Part shown: in pieces, positions 35,437 to 40,539 of the stretch
Layout: every line of letters starts with the position of its first letter
Position numbering within the stretch: position 1 is the first letter of the stretch
NCBI GenBank assembly: GCA_048213135.1
Contig: PS015025.1
Span: 89,170 to 129,708 of the forward strand
Length of the DNA: 40,539 nucleotides
Direction: 5' to 3'
Source of the DNA: Reclinomonas americana ATCC 50394
Taxonomy: Eukaryota
Position numbers and translations under genes: made by a program
Notes under the pieces: generated by a model
Told to the model about the DNA's origin: nothing
The model's input: the letters and a program-made list of their open reading frames with translations, nothing else
The model's database searches: none

Positions 35437-38296
35437 TGCCGCCGACACGCTTCGGGAGGCCGAGGCGACAATGACGCAGGGCAATCTGGAGGCCGCGTTG
35501 CACAAGATTGGCGAGGCGCTGGCGACCTCGGCTGGGGCGCAGGACTCGAATGCGTTCTACTTGCAGGGCGAGGCACTGCGTCGTACTGGTGACATGCATG
35601 GGGCGCTGGAGGCGTTTACGCATTCGCTGTCGCTGGATCCGATGGAGTACATGTGCTATCGTGGTCGCGCGCTGTGCTACTTTGCGGAGCAGCAGTATGG
35701 CGAGTGTGTGCGCGAGACGGAAAAGTACATCAAGATTGGCGATCCCGAGGCGGAGGTTTGTTGTTGTTGTTGTCTTCTCGTGACCTCCGATGACGGACAA
35801 CCTCTTATCCTCGTGCGGGAATTCGTAGGATTACCAACTGATGGCCAAGGCGCTGTTCCAGTTGCGCGACTTTGGTCGGGCGTTGGTGGCGTTTGAGGAG
35901 GCCAACAGTTGCGTCACTCTGCATCCGACAAGCAGTGTGATTCGTTGCGTGACAATTGCACTGCAGGAATGATGACGGCGCAAATGGGAGGCGGCAGCAG
36001 CAGTGATCTGTCACTGGATGGAGCCGGTGGTGGTGGCAGCGAGGCTGTGGAGCTGCAGTTCATGTTGGGACACTGTTACAATGCGTTGGAGCAGCCGGCC
36101 AAGGCGCGCGAGTGCTTCAACCGAGTGATGCAGTTGGATCCGTACTTTTTCCGAGAGCGCGTGGAGGACGCAGAGGCGGAGGAGAATGCTGAGAATTTCC
36201 ACTCGGCCATTGAGATTTACACGGCACTCTTCCCGCTGGCCTCGTCGGGATCGGCTCCACAGGTGCAGTGGGGGAGTGCGAAGGAGGTGCAGGTGATTGG
36301 AAGGTGCTCATTTCTTTACATGCTACAGGTTACCTTTGCCGAGGCTGATGAAGCTGGCAGTCCACCCTCGCAACCGGGCTCGTTGCGTACGCATTCTTTA
36401 TTCACCGAGGTTATCACATCAAACCAACACAATCCTTGCGTTTCCTTCTTCATCGACATCGCAGACCGCAAGACGCCGCTGCATCGCATGTGCGCTTCTT
36501 GTCGCCGACGCTGTGTGGCGCACCGTCGCTCATGGCCCCTGCGCACTCGCCGGCACTCATGATTTCACCCTTCAAGGGCGACGGCAATGTGGAGTTGTCG
36601 CCTGGCACTCGCGAGCGGTTACTGCTGACCGTCAGCGAGATGCACGCTTTGTGTGCGCGGTGTTGGCTGGCACTCTCCGAGCGCTCTGGTCACTTTGCCT
36701 CCATTCCCATGCTGCCTGGAGAAGGTTTGTGAAGAGGCAATGGAAAGTGAAGAGAGTCGAGCGAGGAGCTGATGGTGAGCTTTTTGGTCTGCAGGCGATG
36801 CGGAGAACCGACTGTACTTGGCGTTTGGCATCAGTGATTTGGAGGCTCGCATCGACGACGCTGCGGCGACGGAGGTGGAGAGCTCTGGTGCGCTGGATCC
36901 CGGTGCAGTGGCGTACGACGATGTCGCCACGGAGATCTTGCACGATGAAAACCTGTCCACGGCACTGCGCCACTTGTCGGATCGCGTCGATGCTTCGAAC
37001 CCGTCCGACACAATTCCGTTCATGGAGCGGGCACGAGTTGCGTGACGATCTATCTATCCCCTTCTGTGGTGGAGACAAGCTGCTGACTATTCGGTCAGGT
37101 GTACTTTGCGCATCGCATGTACAAGGAGGCCATTGGCGATTTCACCCTGTGCCTTCAAGCCGACCCGGTCAATGTGGAGGCTCTGCTCGGTCGTGCCGCC
37201 GCTCGTGTGCATCTGGCCGCAGCGACGCATCGTGGGCCAGTTCGCGCTGCGTTTGTCGATGCGCTGAAGCAGAGTGTTTCGAGGGTGCGTGAGAGGGAAA
37301 GGGGGGATGGGGGAAGGGAAATGAGGGAAAGGGGGAAGAGAGAAGGAGGATGTGTTTGAGGGCAAGAAAAATAATGAGAGAGAATGAGATTGGTGAGGCA
37401 TTGTGGGTGTGTGATATCGGAAGGTCAAGAAAAAATGAGGAGTCACAGTGTGTGTGTGTATGAATCAGGCAGAGTGTTGGAGTGTGAGAGAATGAGGGAA
37501 CAGTGCCTTGCCACGGATGCATTAGACTAATTGTGCATCACTTCCGCAGGACTTGTCGTCGGTGCTGATTGTGGACGAGTGGAACCTGTTGGCTCTCTCC
37601 GGTCAGCTGGCGGTGGCCTCGACCGAGGCTCACTCGATCGAGCGTGTCATCAAGTGTGTCATTCGACTGCTCCAGCTGGCTGCACGGTACGTGCCGTGAA
37701 AGGATGCGAGTGCCGATGGGGAATATTCATTCCTTGTTTCCTATGCAGCCGCGACGCCCCATCCTCCACCGTACACCTGGTGCAGCAGTTGCTGCACAGC
37801 GACAATGGCCGCAAGACCGTTCTCGCCATGGTGACCATGGGTCTGGAGATGCAAGACACGCTGATGGCGCAGGCTGGCGGCGAGGAGAGTGATGGTGCGT
37901 GTGCCTGCTGTTGCTGCCGGCATTCATTCACGTGTGATACTCACTCCAACTTCGCACAGTTCCGGTGCCACTGCGTGTGCCGACTTTGCTCTTCCTGGCC
38001 TTGCAGGCGGTGCTGGCCGCACATGCAGACCTGCTGGAGGGCACGCCAGCTCTGGATCTCATTCGGCAACGCGAAGGTGTGTGAGTGAATAGCAAAAGTG
38101 GGGGAGAGAGGTGTCGCTCTCTGACTTACTGTCGAATAACACAGAGGAGAGGAAGAAGGGAGTGGCCGACAACCTCGACGCATACATCAAGGTCAAGTCC
38201 AAGGGCTCAAAGGCGAAGAAGAAGGTTGGTGATTGTTGTCACACTGTCTGTGTTGTCTGTTTCGGCCAGTCTCTCACTCTTCCACACCCACAGTAA
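35437..38296 (+). CDS. Tetratricopeptide-repeat protein
   Basis: TPR motifs AFYLQGEALRRTGDMHGALEAFTHSLSLDP, LGHCYNALEQPAKARECFNRVMQLDP and YKEAIGDFTLCLQADPVNVEALLGRA. About 11 introns; the last exon may be only the TAA. Confidence 0.85.
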
Positions 38297-38361
38297 TCCA
38301 AGTCGAGCAACGTGCAATAAAATTTTGGTGCTACACTAAACACAATAATAATAATCTCTGA

Positions 38362-39511
38362 TCACCGATCCAGAAGCACATTGATGGCATCTGAGCACAA
38401 TTGCACATGTGAGCGCGATGTAAGCGCAATCAAACAAAGGCTGACTTGCACACGCAACTCTCCACGTTGTTGCCGGTCAGGCGAAGTGCCTGAGCGATTT
38501 CGTCGTCACTGGCCCACGGACACACATCACGCACACCAGCAATTGCCTCGGCCTGTGCGTGTAGTCATCACAGTAAGTATGGAGGCAGCAGAATCAGATG
38601 AGGGCAAAACACGGGGCGAACCGAAGGTGCTACTGCAAATGGTGGTCGAGGGGGCGCGGGTGCGGGTGCTAGTGGGGGTGCTTGTTGTTGTTGTTGAGGT
38701 GGTGGTGGTGCGCCAGGCACTGTGTGGATGCGGAGTGAGGAGGGGGTTAAAGGGGAAGGAGAGGAGAGAGGAAGGAGAAGGAGAGAGAGAGAGAGAGAGA
38801 GGAGGAGGGAAGGGAAGAAGGAGGAGGGAAGGAAGAGGAGGAAGAAGAGGAGGAAGAGAGAGGAGAGGAAGGGGAGAGAGAGAGGTGGAGGAGAGAGGCA
38901 AGCGAGAAAGGTGGAGAGTTAAGATATGAATTAGAAATGTGAATAACTTGTATGCAATCAGACAGGAGGAGGACAGAGGGAGAGGCATGTGAGAGAAGGT
39001 GCAGAGTGAAGATAGTCAGGGAGAGAGTAAGGACAGAAAGATGAGAGAGAGGAATGAGAGAGGAACAAGAGAAGCACATGCAATGAACGAAATAACAAAA
39101 AGAGTGAAGTGAGTGGAGGGACAGGAGAAAGAAGAACTGGCATGAATGGGGAGAAAGAGATGAGGCACCTGGAAACATTAATGAACAAGGCAGTGAATGA
39201 GAGAGGGAAAGAGAAGCGCGAGAGAACTGGGTGGGAGAATGAAAAACATGATGAAAAGCAGAGCATGACAGCACGGAGTGAGACAAGAGAAGAGAGACAA
39301 AGGCGCACGTATCGAGAAGGATGGGAGAGCGCAGTTGTGCTTACCATTTCGCCGTCGGAGTCCCTCAGCACCAGCACGTTGTGCTGCTGACTGGATGGTG
39401 AACTCGTCCCACTGAAGTGGTGGCGGTGGAGGTGGCTCAGCGGCAAACGCGGGCATCGGCGGTGGCGCGAATGCGTTGAACTGCTGTCCGCCCATGTGGA
39501 ACTGCTGCTGC

Positions 39512-39543
<32 letters not shown>

Positions 39544-40204
39544 CTGATAGCGCTGGAACATTTGTTGCTGTGCGAGCAGCAGCTGTTGCTGACGCAGTGC
39601 ACGCATCCGCTCCTGGCGTTGTCGGTCGAGAGCCAGCGGATGATTCGGTATCTCACCACGGCACACTGTTGGTTCAAGTCAGCGGAAGAGTGACGCTTCA
39701 CACGCACAGGCAGTGCGGACGCAACTTGGACAGATGGTGGAGGTCATCAACCATGGTCGAATGCACGCCCTACGCCTTGAGTGAGGAACGCTGCACGAGG
39801 CAACACGGGCAGAGTCACACAGCACGCAACTCATGGAACAAGTGGGAGCACGGGAGTTTCTTCGCAGCGTCCGTCATCTCCACGTGACAAATCGCACAAT
39901 CAGCGTGTCGTGCCAAGTCCTCTGGCGTCGCGTCGGCCGCACTGCACACATCCGCGCACACACACATGAGAGATAGGCGACAAGAGACAGAAACGGAGCG
40001 AGAAGGCACGCAACTCTCGCAGCAGCTGTATTACTTGGTTGCGAATCTGCCGCTGTCGCAGCAGTCGTCGAATGAAAAAGTACGAGCGGTAGCATTCCCA
40101 GATGACCATAATGTCGCGCGCCGTCAACTGGAAGCCGAAGAGCAGCCACACGTGGAGGAGGAACAAGGCGACCAGGGCGTGGCGGGTGATCGAGAGCATG
40201 AATT
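38362..40204 (-). CDS. Membrane RING-H2 E3 ubiquitin ligase with a C-terminal CUE/UBA-like domain (HRD1/gp78-AMFR-like), 5' partial
   Basis: A TM segment, then DATPEDL..DCAICHVEM..AKKLPCSHLFHEACIRPWL...CPMCR, a polyQ tract and VRDVCPWASDDEIAQALRLTGNNVENAINVLLDR*. Confidence 0.88.
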
Positions 40205-40539
40205 CTGTGAAAGGGGAAGAAAGGGGACAGGGTGAGAGGGGGAAGGGGGATGAGGGTGAAGGGGGGAGAGGGGAAGGGGAATGAGGGGGAAGGGGAATGA
40301 GGGGAAGGGGGAGGGGAAGGGAGAAGGGGGAAGGGGGCGAGGGGAAGGGGGGCGAGGGGAAGGGGGGAGAGGGGAAGGGGGAAAGGTGAGAGGGGAAGGG
40401 ATGAGATGAGAGAGAAGAGAACGAGAGGGGAACGGCGAGAGAGGAAAAGGAGGAAGAAGCGGAGAAGCGGAATGGGCGAGAGTTGCAGGGAAGAAGAGAG
40501 TAGGAGGAGTGGGGCGGGAAGGTGAGAAGGAAAATGGAA
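40205..40539. repeat. Polypurine (GGGGAA-like) low-complexity intronic tract
   Basis: Almost exclusively G and A on the + strand. Confidence 0.85.

Noticed and set aside
1-40539. Many long overlapping or antisense ORFs in the six-frame track; tRNA and rRNA genes
   Set aside because: The ORFs are shadows of GC-rich exons, low-complexity tracts or N runs. No structural RNA was recognised by eye.

Overview
Gene-dense, intron-rich nuclear DNA from a eukaryote, probably a free-living protist; the species cannot be assigned from the sequence. It is a draft scaffold with several N gaps. Splicing by hand on GT-AG boundaries gives about 13 genes: a giant secreted NHL-repeat/Ig-like surface protein, a mitochondrion-targeted bacterial-type flavin-binding protein, COQ7, a PEPCK-like protein, eRF1, LAMTOR1, CCDC59/Fyv7-like, a 7TM-RGS protein, cytosolic LeuRS, a standalone tRNA-binding OB-fold protein, a NEK-family kinase, a TPR protein and a RING-H2/CUE E3 ligase. 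The most striking feature is the splicing. I count 34 introns (roughly a quarter to a third of about 110-120 traced) with a second, tightly conserved donor class, H|GTTGCG(T) or H|GTTTCG(T). It looks like the local G|GTGCGT donor displaced by one nucleotide and is almost never preceded by an exonic G. There are also 5-8 nt micro-exons (three in a row encode the eRF1 GTS motif), a start codon split by an intron and a GC-AG intron. Two or three gap-bounded contigs appear inverted, so COQ7, NEK/TPR and probably the surface protein are split across both strands.
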